From NCBI GenBank assembly GCA_963749705.1, contig CAVVNQ010000015.1, forward strand, positions 64,001-128,000: 64,000 nucleotides of DNA, given 5' to 3'. The position numbers and the translations under genes were made by a program. The notes beneath the pieces are model-generated. The model saw nothing but the letters and a program-made list of their open reading frames with translations, was not told where the DNA came from and did not search any database. The DNA comes from an uncultured Chloroflexia bacterium (GTDB taxonomy: Bacteria; Chloroflexota; Limnocylindria; Limnocylindrales; CSP1-4). This document shows positions 1-10,095 of this stretch, piece by piece (the first letter of the stretch is position 1; every line of letters begins with the position of its first letter).

Positions 1-522
1 CGCCGCGAGCGCCAGGAACTCGCGCTGCATCAGCGGATCGAGGCCGCTGGTCGGCTCGTCGAGGACGAGCAGGGGCTCGTGGCCCATGAACGCCGCGACC
101 ACGCCGACCTTCTGTCGATTGCCGCGGGACAGGCGGCGGATCCGGACCGTCGGGTCGAGCTCCAGCCGCTCCGCCAGTGGATGCCAGGCGGCTCGCGGCA
201 GGTGGCGCAACCGGGCGAGGTAGTCCAGCTGCTCGGCGCCGGTGAGCTCGCCCAGGAACCCGGGATCGCTGCCCAGGTAGCCGATCTGCCGGTAAATCCT
301 CGGCGCGTCCTCGAACGCGTCCCCGCCCAGGATGCGTACCGAGCCACGCGTCGCGCGCAGGAAGCCGAGCAGGAGGCGGATCGTGGTCGTCTTGCCCGCG
401 CCGTTGGGCCCCAGGAACCCGAACGCCTCGCCCTCGCGGACGTCGAGGTCGACATCCTCGATGCCCCGTCGGGAGCCGTAGTACTTGGTGAGACCGGTGG
501 TCTCGATGACCGGATCGGCCAT
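1..522 (-). CDS. ABC transporter ATP-binding protein (ABC-2 type), 3' end outside window
   Basis: Manual translation from ATG at 522: MADPVIETTGLTKYYGSRRGIEDVDLDVREGEAFGFLGPNGAGKTTTIRLL; Walker A present; LSRGNRQK signature and LVLDEPTSGLDP near window edge. Not in the ORF track because it runs off the window. Confidence 0.9.
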   Translation of the reverse strand, partial: MADPVIETTGLTKYYGSRRGIEDVDLDVREGEAFGFLGPNGAGKTTTIRLLLGFLRATRGSVRILGGDAFEDAPRIYRQIGYLGSDPGFLGELTGAEQLDYLARLRHLPRAAWHPLAERLELDPTVRIRRLSRGNRQKVGVVAAFMGHEPLLVLDEPTSGLDPLMQREFLALAA

Positions 523-667
523 CCCGCGCCTCCGTCACTGGTCCGGGCGCATCGCCGGATTGCCCGTCGCACACGCGCCGGGCGTGCGGGCTCCGGCAGG
601 CGGTCAGCCTGCGCCTGATCAGGGCTCATCGTCGGATCGGCCGACGCCGCCACGAAGGGTCGTTGGG

Positions 668-717
668 CCCGATCGGAGCGTCCCCCGGTCCCGATCGGGG
701 CGTCCCCGGTCCCGACC
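668..717. repeat. Tandem duplication, ~21-22 bp unit cccgatcggRgcgtcccc(c)ggt x2 plus a partial copy
   Basis: Read directly at 668-689, 690-710 and 711-717. Confidence 0.8.
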
Positions 718-915
718 TCAGTCGGCCACACAACGATGTGGTGCGTTGTATGACGCCGATCGACGCGCTGGGCGCTGCGTCGCGACCCGCGGCAGCACCA
801 GGTCACGTGGCAACCTGGCCAGCGAACGGTGGCGTGCGTCTTCGGCCAGTTGCAGGTGGCCAACGACGCACCCGGTCGTTGCCCGGCGAGGATCCGCATC
901 GATCGGTCCGGTTAG

Positions 916-984
916 CACGCGCCAGGTCGTTCCGTGGCCAGGTGCGGCGAGATAACACGCGCCAGGTCGTTCCGTGGCCAGGTG
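916..984. repeat. Perfect 29-bp direct repeat x2 (cacgcgccaggtcgttccgtggccaggtg), 11-bp spacer
   Basis: Copies at 916-944 and 956-984. Confidence 0.9.
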
Positions 985-1039
985 TGTCGAGGGCGCAGGT
1001 GTGGCGCCGGCGAGGGTGCCGGCGCTTGCCCAGCCCGCC

Positions 1040-3145
1040 CTACGCGACCGTGTCGAGCGGCTCGATCGCCTCCTCGAACTGGCTCGTGTACAGCTCCTGG
1101 TAGAAGCCTTTCGCGGCGAGCAGAGCCTCGTGCGTCCCGCGTTCGACGATCCGGCCCTCGTTCATGACCAGGATCATGTCCGCGTCGCGGATCGTGGACA
1201 GTCGGTGCGCGATCACGAACGACGTCCGGCCGCGCATCAGCCGGTTCATCGCGCGCTGGATCAGCACCTCGGTCCGCGTGTCGACCGACGACGTCGCCTC
1301 GTCCAGGATGAGGATCGGCGGGTCCGCGAGGAACGCGCGGGCGATCGTGAGCAGCTGCTTCTCGCCCGCCGAGACGTTGGTCGCGTCGTCGTCGAGCACG
1401 GTCTCGTAGCCGTCGGTGAGGGTGCGCACGAAGTGGTCGACGTGCGCCGCCTCGGCGGCCTCGACCATGTGGGCGTCGGCGACCTCGACATCGTCGGCCC
1501 CGTACTCGATGTTCTCGCGGATCGTGCCGTTGAACAGCCACGCATCCTGGAGCACCATCCCGAACGTCCGTCGCAGGTTGTCCCGCGTCAGCTGCCGGGT
1601 GTCGATGCCGTCGACGGTGATCCGTCCCGCGTCGACGTCGTAGAACCGCATCAGCAGGTTGACCAGCGTGGTCTTGCCCGCGCCGGTCGGTCCCACGATC
1701 GCGATCGTCTGGCCGGGTTCGACGGCCAGGTCCAGGTCCTCGATCAGCGGCTCGTCCGCCTTGTACCGGAACGAGACGCCCTCGAAGGTGACGCGTCCGG
1801 CGGCCGGCTCGGCGAGCACGGCCGGGGTCACCGGGTCGGGGATCTCCTCTTCCTCGTCGAGCAGCTCGAACACCCGCTCGGCCGATGCCACCGCGCTCTG
1901 GAGGACGTTGACGATGCTCGCCGCCTGGATGATCGGGAACGTGAACTGGCGGGAGTACTGGATGAACGCCTGCACGTCGCCCAGCGACATCTGGCCGCTG
2001 GCCACCCGCACGCCGCCGATCACCGCGATCGCGACGTAGCTGAGGTTGGAGATGAACATCATCGCGGGCTGGATGAGCCCGGAGATGAACTGCGCCTTGA
2101 AGCTCGACTGGTAGAGCTCCTCGTTGCGGCGGTCGAACTCGTCGATCGCCTCGTCCTGGCGCCCGAACAGCTTGACGATGGCGTGCCCCGTGTGCATCTC
2201 CTCGACGTGGCCGTTGAGCGACCCGGTCCGCTCCCACTGGGCCGCGAACTGCTTCTGCGACCGGCCGGCGATGAGCACGGTCACCACGAGCGACGCCGGC
2301 ACCGCGAGCAGCGAGACCACCGCCAGCAGGGGGCTGATGGTGAGCATCATGATCAGCACCCCGACGACGGTGAGCACCGACGTGATGAGCTGGGTCAGGC
2401 TCTGCTGGAGGGTCTGGCTGATGTTGTCGATGTCGTTGGTCACCCGCGACAGGATGTCGCCCCGCGACTCGCGGTCGAAGTAGGCGAGCGGCAGCCGGCC
2501 GAGCTTCTCGTCGACCCGGCGACGCAGCCGGTACACGGTGCGCTGGGTCACGCCGGCCATGATGTACGCCTGCCCCCAGCTGAACACCGAGCTCAGCAGG
2601 TAGATGCCGGCCACGATGGCCAGGATCAGGGTCAGGCGCCCGAAGTCGACACCGACCCCCGGCACGACGTTGCTCATGCTCGCGAGCATGTCGGCGAGGT
2701 TGTCCTGACCCTGCGCGCGGAGCCCCGTCACGATCTGGGACAGCGGGACATTGGTCAGGCCCTGCTGGCCCAGCAGCTTGCCGACCACGCCCTCGAACAG
2801 GACGTTGGTCGCGTTGCCCAGCAGCCGGGGCCCGAGAATGGCCAGCGTGACGCTGACGACGCCCAGGGCGAGGACGAACCCGATCAGCAGCCGCTCGGGC
2901 CGGAGCTCGCGCAGCAGTCGCCGGAACGAGCCCCTGAAGTCCTTGGACTTGGCCGCGGGCATCTGCATGAACATGTGCCCCGGTCCGCCGCCCGGGCCCA
3001 TCGGCCGTCGCGCGGGGGGACGCGCCCCGCCGCCGAACGCCCCCGGCCCGCCGCCGGGTCGGCTGCCGCCGCCGGCGCCGCCCGCGCCCGGCCCGCCCGC
3101 CGCGCCGCCCGAGCCGCCGCCCGGCCGGCCCGTCGACCCGCTCAT
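1040..3145 (-). CDS. ABC multidrug exporter, fused permease/ATPase subunit (heterodimer partner 2)
   Basis: TM domain plus GPTGAGKT, VSAGEKQ and ILILDEATSSVD; start MSGSTGRP overlaps the upstream stop (ATGA); Gly/Pro-rich N-terminal tail. Confidence 0.95.
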   Translation of the reverse strand: MSGSTGRPGGGSGGAAGGPGAGGAGGGSRPGGGPGAFGGGARPPARRPMGPGGGPGHMFMQMPAAKSKDFRGSFRRLLRELRPERLLIGFVLALGVVSVTLAILGPRLLGNATNVLFEGVVGKLLGQQGLTNVPLSQIVTGLRAQGQDNLADMLASMSNVVPGVGVDFGRLTLILAIVAGIYLLSSVFSWGQAYIMAGVTQRTVYRLRRRVDEKLGRLPLAYFDRESRGDILSRVTNDIDNISQTLQQSLTQLITSVLTVVGVLIMMLTISPLLAVVSLLAVPASLVVTVLIAGRSQKQFAAQWERTGSLNGHVEEMHTGHAIVKLFGRQDEAIDEFDRRNEELYQSSFKAQFISGLIQPAMMFISNLSYVAIAVIGGVRVASGQMSLGDVQAFIQYSRQFTFPIIQAASIVNVLQSAVASAERVFELLDEEEEIPDPVTPAVLAEPAAGRVTFEGVSFRYKADEPLIEDLDLAVEPGQTIAIVGPTGAGKTTLVNLLMRFYDVDAGRITVDGIDTRQLTRDNLRRTFGMVLQDAWLFNGTIRENIEYGADDVEVADAHMVEAAEAAHVDHFVRTLTDGYETVLDDDATNVSAGEKQLLTIARAFLADPPILILDEATSSVDTRTEVLIQRAMNRLMRGRTSFVIAHRLSTIRDADMILVMNEGRIVERGTHEALLAAKGFYQELYTSQFEEAIEPLDTVA

Positions 3146-4869
3146 GCGACCTCCTCCTCGGTGACCTGGGACAGCACGATCTCGCGATACGTCTGGCAGG
3201 TCCGCATCAGCTCGTCGTGGGTGCCGAGGCCCGCGATCCCGCCGGCCTCCAGGACCACGATCTGGTCGGCGTGGAGGATCGTTCCCACGCGCTGCGCGAC
3301 GATGATCACGGTCGCTCCGCGCAGCTCGCGCGCGATCGCGGCCCGCAACCGGGCGTCGGTGCGGAAGTCGAGCGCGGAGAAGCTGTCGTCGAACACGTAG
3401 ATGTCGGGCTGGTGCGCGAGCGCCCGCGCGATCGCCAGCCGCTGTCGTTGACCGCCCGACACGTTGGTGCCGCCCTGAGTGATCGGCGCCTCGAGCTGGT
3501 CCGGCATCTCGGTCACGAAATCGCGGCCCTGCGCGATCTCGAGCGCGCGCCACAGCGCCTCGTCGGTGGCATCGTCATCGCCCCAGCGGAGGTTGCTGGC
3601 CACCGTCCCGCCGAACAGGAAGGCGCGCTGCGGGATCATCCCGATCCGCTTCCACAGGTCGGCCCGGTCCATGTCGCGGACGTCCACCCCGTCGACCAGC
3701 ACCGTCCCGCCGGTCGCGTCGTAGAACCGCGGGATGAGGTTGATCAGGGTCGACTTGCCGCTGCCGGTCGAGCCGACGATGGCGGTGGTCTCGCCCGGCC
3801 GGGCCGTGAACGAGATCCCGCTGAGCACGGGCTCCTCGGCGCCCGGGTACCGGAACTCCACGTCGCGGTACTCGACCAGGCCGCCACGCTGCGGGGAGAT
3901 CGGGGTCGGCGGGTCGATGATCGCGGGCTGCGTGTCGAGCACCTCGCGCACCCGGCCCGCGGAGACCGCGGCACGCGGGACCATGACGAACATGATGACC
4001 GCGGTCATGACCGAGAACAGGACCTGCATGATGTACTGCAGGAACGCGGTCAGGTTGCCGATCGGCATGTCCCCGCTGTCCACGCGGTAGGCGCCGAAGA
4101 ACAGGACCGCGACCGTGGTCAGGTTCATGATCGCCATCAGGCTCGGGATGGTGACCGCGAACAGGCGGTTGACGGTCAATGCGGTGACCATCAGGTCCTC
4201 GTTCGCCGCGTCGAACCGCTCCTCCTCGTGGCGCGTCCGGACGAAGGCCCGGATGACGCGAACGCCGGCGAGCGTCTCGCGCATCACGAGGTTGATCCGG
4301 TCGAGCTTGCGCTGCATCGCCTGGAACAGCGGCACCGCACGGGTCATCACGAACCCGATCAGGAGGGCCATGATCGGCAGGATCACCAGCAGCAGCCCCG
4401 ACAGCGGCACGTCCTGGCGGAGCGCCATGATCACGCCACCGACGACCATGATCGGTGCGGTGATGATCATGTTGAGCGCCATCAGCACGAACATCTGGAT
4501 CTGCTGGACGTCGTTGGTGTTGCGCGTGATCAGGCTCGCCGCGCCGAACTGGTTGACCTCGACCTGGCTGAACGTCTGGACCTTGCGGAAGATCGCGCTG
4601 CGCACGTCGCGGCCGAACGCCATGGCGGTCCGGGCGCCGAAGAACACGCCGATGATCGCGGCGATGCTCAGCGCGAAGGTCACCACCAGCATGAACCCGC
4701 CGGTGCGCACGATGTAGTCGGTGTCCCCCTTGACGACGCCGTTGTTGATGATGTCGGCGTTGAGCTCGGGGAGGTACAGGTTGGCGATCGCCTGCACCAG
4801 CAGGAGCGCCAGGACGAGCACGATCGGCCACCGGTATGGGGCGAGATACGTGCGCAGCAGTCCGATCAT
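3142..4869 (-). CDS. ABC multidrug exporter, fused permease/ATPase subunit (heterodimer partner 1)
   Basis: TM domain, GSTGSGKS, VSGGQRQR and degenerate Walker B YVFDDSFSALD typical of heterodimeric exporters. Confidence 0.95.
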   Translation of the reverse strand: MIGLLRTYLAPYRWPIVLVLALLLVQAIANLYLPELNADIINNGVVKGDTDYIVRTGGFMLVVTFALSIAAIIGVFFGARTAMAFGRDVRSAIFRKVQTFSQVEVNQFGAASLITRNTNDVQQIQMFVLMALNMIITAPIMVVGGVIMALRQDVPLSGLLLVILPIMALLIGFVMTRAVPLFQAMQRKLDRINLVMRETLAGVRVIRAFVRTRHEEERFDAANEDLMVTALTVNRLFAVTIPSLMAIMNLTTVAVLFFGAYRVDSGDMPIGNLTAFLQYIMQVLFSVMTAVIMFVMVPRAAVSAGRVREVLDTQPAIIDPPTPISPQRGGLVEYRDVEFRYPGAEEPVLSGISFTARPGETTAIVGSTGSGKSTLINLIPRFYDATGGTVLVDGVDVRDMDRADLWKRIGMIPQRAFLFGGTVASNLRWGDDDATDEALWRALEIAQGRDFVTEMPDQLEAPITQGGTNVSGGQRQRLAIARALAHQPDIYVFDDSFSALDFRTDARLRAAIARELRGATVIIVAQRVGTILHADQIVVLEAGGIAGLGTHDELMRTCQTYREIVLSQVTEEEVA

Positions 4870-5354
4870 CGATGTGCCTCGGCGGGGGGATGGGGGAGCG
4901 TGGCATGGAGTCGTTCGCGAGCACGCCGGAGGGCGCGAGATCCGGACAGGAAGCCCCGGAGCTCGTCATCGGTGAGCTCGTCGAGGATCTTCGCGAGCCG
5001 CTCGCGGCGCTCGGTCGCGAGGCCCTCGATCATCCGCCGACCCGTCTCCGTGAGAGCGACCCGGATGACCCGCCGGTCCTCGTCGTCGCGCTGCCGGTGG
5101 ACGAGGTCGCGCTGCTCCATCCGATCGACGATCCCGGTCGCGCTGGCCTGCGAGACGTCGAGCGACTCGGCCAGGGCGCGCATCGCGATCGGACCGTCGA
5201 CGTCAAGCACCGCCAGGACGTGGAGGTGGACCAGGCTCAGCGGCCCGGCGGGCCACCGCCGCATGAAGCGCATCATCGACGATGGGGTATGGGACGTGAG
5301 CTCGCCGACGACCTCGCCCAGGAGCTCGGCGCGCGTGAGCGACCGCTCGGTCAT
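4866..5354 (-). CDS. MarR family transcriptional regulator
   Basis: wHTH: LAESLDVSQASATGIVDRMEQRDLVHRQRDDEDRRVIRVALTETG; translationally coupled to the ABC genes. Confidence 0.93.
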   Translation of the reverse strand: MTERSLTRAELLGEVVGELTSHTPSSMMRFMRRWPAGPLSLVHLHVLAVLDVDGPIAMRALAESLDVSQASATGIVDRMEQRDLVHRQRDDEDRRVIRVALTETGRRMIEGLATERRERLAKILDELTDDELRGFLSGSRALRRARERLHATLPHPPAEAHR

Positions 5355-5456
5355 GCGCTCAACGTCAGGTAGATGTTCAACACGGCATGAAGGATATAGG
5401 CCGCGGGGATGGCTGTCCAGCGAGGGTGGACAAGCGCCCGGATCACCCTGCGTCGA

Positions 5457-5506
5457 CGCCCTCGCCCGTCCGCGCGTCGTCGCGCCCTCGCCCGTCCGCG
5501 CGTCGT
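5457..5506. repeat. Tandem duplication, 24-bp cgccctcgcccgtccgcgcgtcgt x2
   Basis: Copies at 5457-5480 and 5483-5506. Confidence 0.85.
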
Positions 5507-5562
5507 GCCATCTACCGCGCGGTGCGGTGCAAGCGCGGAGGAATGGTCAGGCACCGCGAGAC

Positions 5563-5692
5563 CCGGTGATAGTCACGGTTCTGCCACCTCTCGCGGGTCA
5601 TCGGACGTCGGCCCGAGCGAAGCCACGTTCGGCGATTCGGTCCACCCGCCGGTCGAACGCGGATTTCCGGTCAAGACTTGGACTACCACCGG
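5563..5692. repeat. ~130-bp element bounded by 12-bp imperfect inverted repeats
   Basis: ccggtgatagtc (5563-5574) vs gactaccaccgg (5681-5692), 11/12 complementary. Confidence 0.5.
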
Positions 5693-5773
5693 CGACCGCG
5701 GTGCCTGACAACCGATTCGCCGATTCGCAGCGATAGCACCGCGATGCGCGGTATGTGGCAGCGGCGGGCGCCG

Positions 5774-5817
5774 ATGACCGGACGCCGAATGACCGGACGC
5801 CGATGACCGGACGCCGA
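5774..5817. repeat. Tandem repeat atgaccggacgccg(a) x3
   Basis: Three consecutive 14-15 bp units read directly. Confidence 0.85.
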
Positions 5818-5870
5818 CCACGAGGGCGGCAATCCGACGAGGAACGCGCGGCGCCGTCAGGCTTGCGTCC

Positions 5871-6671
5871 TCAGGCGCGCTTGCGCACCTTCCAGATCTC
5901 CTCGCACGGCCACTGTCGGGCCCACGCGTAGGGCATCCAGGGATAGCGCGTCGTCGCGCCCTCGGGGATCTGTGGCTCGACGAGGTCCTCGATCTCGAAG
6001 CCGCTGGCAGTCAGGAGCCGGATCCAGTCGCCGTGGCTGGGATGGAACTCGATCGCGCCGTTTGCGTCCGGCCACTCGGTCCGGCCCATCCCGAACATCG
6101 GGCGCACCAGGCGCTCCGTGACGGGCTCGTCCTCGAGGTCCGGGCTGCACAGGTAGGCCAGCACGTGATTGGTCAGGAACGACAGCCGGCCGCCGGGCCG
6201 CAGCAGCCGCGCGGCCTCCGGGACCCACGCCGCAGGATCCGCCCACAGGGCCGCGCCGTACTCGCTGATCGCGAAGTCGAACGACGCGTCGGGGTAGGGG
6301 ACTCGCTCCGCGTTGCCCAGCAGCAGCGGGAAGTCGATGCCGTGCTCCCGCTGGAGCCGGACCGCGGTCTCGAGCTGGCGTGGCGAGTTGTCGATGCCCA
6401 CCACGCGGGCGCCGCGCCGGGCCATCCAGGCGGAGACGTACGCGGTTCCGCAGCCCAGCTCGATGGCGTCCGTGCCGGCAAGGTCGTCGGGCAGCATGCG
6501 AGCCGACGACTCCGGGACGCCGTAGATGCCCCACGTCTCGTCGCCCGGCGCGATGGCCCAGGCCCGCTCTCCGGACGCGACGTACTCGGCCGCGTAGCCG
6601 TCCCACGCGGCCCGGTTCGCCGCGACGTGATCCGGCAGATCGCCATCGTCACCGGCGCCGGACGCGCTCAC
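5871..6671 (-). CDS. Class I SAM-dependent methyltransferase
   Basis: IELGCGTA motif I, GIDNS, DASFDFAIS, RLLRPGG; GTG start at 6671 overlaps the upstream TGA. Confidence 0.9.
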   Translation of the reverse strand: MSASGAGDDGDLPDHVAANRAAWDGYAAEYVASGERAWAIAPGDETWGIYGVPESSARMLPDDLAGTDAIELGCGTAYVSAWMARRGARVVGIDNSPRQLETAVRLQREHGIDFPLLLGNAERVPYPDASFDFAISEYGAALWADPAAWVPEAARLLRPGGRLSFLTNHVLAYLCSPDLEDEPVTERLVRPMFGMGRTEWPDANGAIEFHPSHGDWIRLLTASGFEIEDLVEPQIPEGATTRYPWMPYAWARQWPCEEIWKVRKRA

Positions 6672-7579
6672 CGCTCGCCGAGGTGCTTCGCCCTGGCGGC
6701 CAGCAGGATCTCGATCGTCCGCTCCGCCGCCGGACGCAGGTCCACCTGGACGTGCCCGACACCCAGGTCGCGCCATGCATCGAGCGCTCGCGCGACCTCG
6801 TCCACGTCCGGCGCGAGCGAATCGGCGGATCCTGGTCGGCCCCCGGCGGCGCGTTCCGAATCCAGGGTCACGCCCACCGTGACCTCGAGCGTCGCCGGGT
6901 CGCGACCCACGGCCTCGCACGCCGCGACGAGGTCCGCGCGACGCTCGTGGAAGCGATCGGTCGGGAAGCCGAACCAGGCCGCATTCCACGCGTCGGCGTG
7001 GCGGGCGGTGAGCCGCAGGACACGCTCTCCCCTCGCCGCGATCAGGATCGGGATCCGCCCCGGCAGCCGCGCCGGCCGCGGCGGCGGCGGGATCAGGACC
7101 GCGTCATCGACAGCGTGCCAGCGACCGTGGAACGTCACCCGCTCGCCACGCAGCAGCGGCAGGATGATCTGGAGCGCCTCGTCGAACCGGCCCGCGCGGT
7201 GGTCGAACGGGTAGCCGAACGCGGTGTACTCGGGCTCGTGCCATCCCGTGCCGAGGCCGAGGATCAGCCGGCCCGCCGCGACCTCGTCGAGGGTGGCGGC
7301 CATCTTGGCCAGCAAGGCCGGCGGGCGGAACCCCGTCCCCAGGACGATCGTGCCCAGCTCGGCCCGTTCGGTCGACGCGGCGAGCGCGGCGAGCAGCGTC
7401 CACGCCTCGTGGATCCCGTCCTCATCCTCGCCCGGCATCCGGAAGATGAAGTGGTCATAGACCCACAGGCTGTCGATTCCGCCCGTCTCTGCGAACCTCG
7501 CCAGGTGGCGAATCCGCGGCCAGCCGACGGCGCCAGGGCCGTCGGAATCGTTCATGGGGAGCACGATTCCGATCTTCAT
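6668..7579 (-). CDS. LLM class flavin/F420-dependent oxidoreductase
   Basis: GIDSLWVYDHF, RPPALLAKMAATLD, GRLILGLGTGW. Confidence 0.92.
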   Translation of the reverse strand: MKIGIVLPMNDSDGPGAVGWPRIRHLARFAETGGIDSLWVYDHFIFRMPGEDEDGIHEAWTLLAALAASTERAELGTIVLGTGFRPPALLAKMAATLDEVAAGRLILGLGTGWHEPEYTAFGYPFDHRAGRFDEALQIILPLLRGERVTFHGRWHAVDDAVLIPPPPRPARLPGRIPILIAARGERVLRLTARHADAWNAAWFGFPTDRFHERRADLVAACEAVGRDPATLEVTVGVTLDSERAAGGRPGSADSLAPDVDEVARALDAWRDLGVGHVQVDLRPAAERTIEILLAARAKHLGER

Positions 7580-7833
7580 CGAGCCATGGTACGGCGCGAG
7601 GCGGGCGAAGGAGTGCGGTGGTTGCGGGTCCGGTGATCTTGACGCGCCACCGATGCTTGGAACTGCCGACGCCCGCTCGGACTCGGGCGCTGCGGCATCG
7701 ATGTGACCGGGGCCGGGTTCTCGATGAGGCCCAACGGCGCATCGAACGCAATCCGACGGCCGGCGGTGACGCCGGTCGTCGCGATTCCCGACAATAGCGT
7801 CGCTGCCCGCGTCCGGGCGCTCGAAGGGGATCG

Positions 7834-8721
7834 ATGACGCTCCAGCTCCAGCTCCCGCGCCGCAGCCCGCAGCTCGTGGCCGGCATCGTCGTGGCGGTGC
7901 TGTTCTGGGTTGCGGTCATCGCGCTGTCGGACCCCGCGATCGACGTCAGCGAGCCGTTCTCTGGCCGGGTTGTCACGGCCCAGGACGCCCGCTCCTACTA
8001 CGGGTTCAACCTTGGTGACCTGTACGCGGGCCGGACCGAATGGAACACCATCGGCGCCTACCCGTACTCGCCCGCCTTCGCCCAGCTGGTGTACCCGCTC
8101 GACCTGCTGCCGTGGCCGGCGTTCGTCGGTGTCTGGACGGCGATCCTGATCGGGGCGGTGTTCGTGCTCACGGGTCCCGAGCTGTTCCTGTTCGGGTTGG
8201 TCGTGGGCGCCATGGAGATCGCCGGCGGCAACGTGTCGCTGGTCCTGGCCGTGGCGATGGTGGCCGGGTTCCGCTGGCCGTGGACCTGGGCGCTGATCCT
8301 GCTGACGAAGATCACCCCGGGCGTCGGGCTGCTGTGGTTCCTGCTCCGGCGCGAGTGGCGGCAGCTCGCGATCGCATTGGGAGCGACGGCGGCCATCGCC
8401 CTCGGATCCGCCGCGCTGATGCCCGATGCGTGGCGCGACTGGGTCTCGCTGCTCGCCTCGAACACGGGCAAGGGAGGGACGTGGGCGGCGGTGCCGATCC
8501 CGCTGCTCGTGCGGGGGCCGATCGGCGTGCTGCTCATCGTCTGGGGCGCGCCGCGCAACCAGCGCTGGGTGGTGCCGGTCGGCGCGATGCTCGCACTCCC
8601 GGCGCTGTGGTACGGATCGCTGTCGATCCTGCTGGCCGTGATCCCGCTCACGACGCCGGCCGAGCGGGAGCGAGCCCGGCAGCGGGTGCGGCGATTCGGT
8701 CGCGCGCCGATTCCCGCCTAG
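7834..8721 (+). CDS. Glycosyltransferase family 87-like (DUF2029) membrane protein
   Basis: Polytopic; YPYSPAF, GNVS and LTKITPG motifs of GT87/GT-C. Confidence 0.75.
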   Translation: MTLQLQLPRRSPQLVAGIVVAVLFWVAVIALSDPAIDVSEPFSGRVVTAQDARSYYGFNLGDLYAGRTEWNTIGAYPYSPAFAQLVYPLDLLPWPAFVGVWTAILIGAVFVLTGPELFLFGLVVGAMEIAGGNVSLVLAVAMVAGFRWPWTWALILLTKITPGVGLLWFLLRREWRQLAIALGATAAIALGSAALMPDAWRDWVSLLASNTGKGGTWAAVPIPLLVRGPIGVLLIVWGAPRNQRWVVPVGAMLALPALWYGSLSILLAVIPLTTPAERERARQRVRRFGRAPIPA

Positions 8722-9923
8722 GAGCCCAGGACGCTCCGCAGCGCGTCGGCGAACGGCTCGAGGTTCGCCTGGGTGAACCCGGCGACGTTGATCCGGCCGC
8801 GACCGACCACGTACACCCCGTGCTCCTCGCGCAGGCGCGCGACCTGGTCCGTGGTCAGCCCCAGCAGCGCGAACATCCCGCGCTGGGTTGCGATGCCACC
8901 CCAGTCGCCCGGGATCGAGCGGGCCTCGAGCGCCGCGACCAGCGCCCTCCGGTTGTCCTTGATCCGGTCTCGCATCCCGGCAAGCTCGACCTCCCAGCGC
9001 GCGCGCAGCTCGGGGTCGGCGAGCACCGTCCGCACGATGTCCGCCCCGTGCGCGGGTGGGTTCGAGTAGTTGACCCGGATCGCGATCCTCACGTGGCTCT
9101 GGACCGCCGCCGCGTCCTCCGCCGACCGGGCGATGACGACCATCGCGCCGACCCGCTCCGCATACAGCGAGAACGTCTTGGAGAACGAGGTCGACACGAG
9201 CAGCTCGGCGCCGGGTCGAACCAGCTCACGGAGCCCGGCGGCGTCCTCGGTCAGGCCGTCGCCGAACCCCTGGTAGGCAAGGTCGACGAGCGGCAGCAGG
9301 CGGTTGGCCTCGATCACGTCGCCGATCCTGCGCCACAGCCCGGGGGAGGGATCGACGCCGGTCGGGTTGTGGCAGGCGCCGTGGAGCAGCACGATGTCGC
9401 CCGGCGCCGCCTGGCCGAGCGCGTCGAGCAGCGCAGCCTCGTCGATCCGCCGTCCGGTCTGGTCGGTGTACGGGTAGGTGCGGATCCGGAACCCCGCCGC
9501 ATGGAACAGCTGGGGGTGGTTGGGCCACGTGGGCTCGCTCATCCACAGCGTGCCCCCGGCACCGGTCTGGCGCAGCAGGTCGGCTGCCACGCGGAGGCCG
9601 CCCGTCCCGCCGGGGGTCTGGGTGACGAGGGCTCGCCCGGACGTGACGGCCTCGTGATCCGCCCCCAGGACGAGGTCGCGAACGATGGAGCGGTAGGCCG
9701 CATCGCCGTCGATCGGCCGGTACAGCTTGCTGCCCGCGGCCGTGGCCAGCCGCCGTTCCGCCTCGATCACGGTGTCCAGGACCGGGGTCGTGCCGGTCGC
9801 ATCGACGAACACGCCGGACGAGAGGTTGATCTTCGCCTCGCGCGGGTCTGCGCGGTACGCCTCGGCAAGGCCGAGGATCGGATCCGGCGGGGCGGGAGTG
9901 CGGGCGAGCGACGGCAGCGACAC
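8718..9923 (-). CDS. tyrB: Aspartate/aromatic amino acid aminotransferase (class I, AspC/TyrB type)
   Basis: [52 protein letters not shown] (PLP lysine); start at GTG 9923 estimated. Confidence 0.9.
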   Translation of the reverse strand: MSLPSLARTPAPPDPILGLAEAYRADPREAKINLSSGVFVDATGTTPVLDTVIEAERRLATAAGSKLYRPIDGDAAYRSIVRDLVLGADHEAVTSGRALVTQTPGGTGGLRVAADLLRQTGAGGTLWMSEPTWPNHPQLFHAAGFRIRTYPYTDQTGRRIDEAALLDALGQAAPGDIVLLHGACHNPTGVDPSPGLWRRIGDVIEANRLLPLVDLAYQGFGDGLTEDAAGLRELVRPGAELLVSTSFSKTFSLYAERVGAMVVIARSAEDAAAVQSHVRIAIRVNYSNPPAHGADIVRTVLADPELRARWEVELAGMRDRIKDNRRALVAALEARSIPGDWGGIATQRGMFALLGLTTDQVARLREEHGVYVVGRGRINVAGFTQANLEPFADALRSVLGS

Positions 9924-10095
9924 GATGGACCTCGATCGGTTCAGGCGGTTCAGGGGCGCCGGCACCGACGATACACGCCCGAACGGGTTGCGGGCCGGTA
10001 GCGAGGGGGTCTGCCGCCCGAGCGCGCACCCGCTGCCGCGGCCGCGGGCAGGGTCAGCCCGGCGCCGACCGCGTCCGGCGGGCATCGCCCCTTCG

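Noticed and set aside
916-984. Possible CRISPR array (29-bp repeats)
   Set aside because: Only two copies, an 11-bp spacer and no cas genes in the window
974-5736. Long plus-strand ORFs (808 and 839 aa)
   Set aside because: Antisense to the ABC exporter and MarR genes; no motifs
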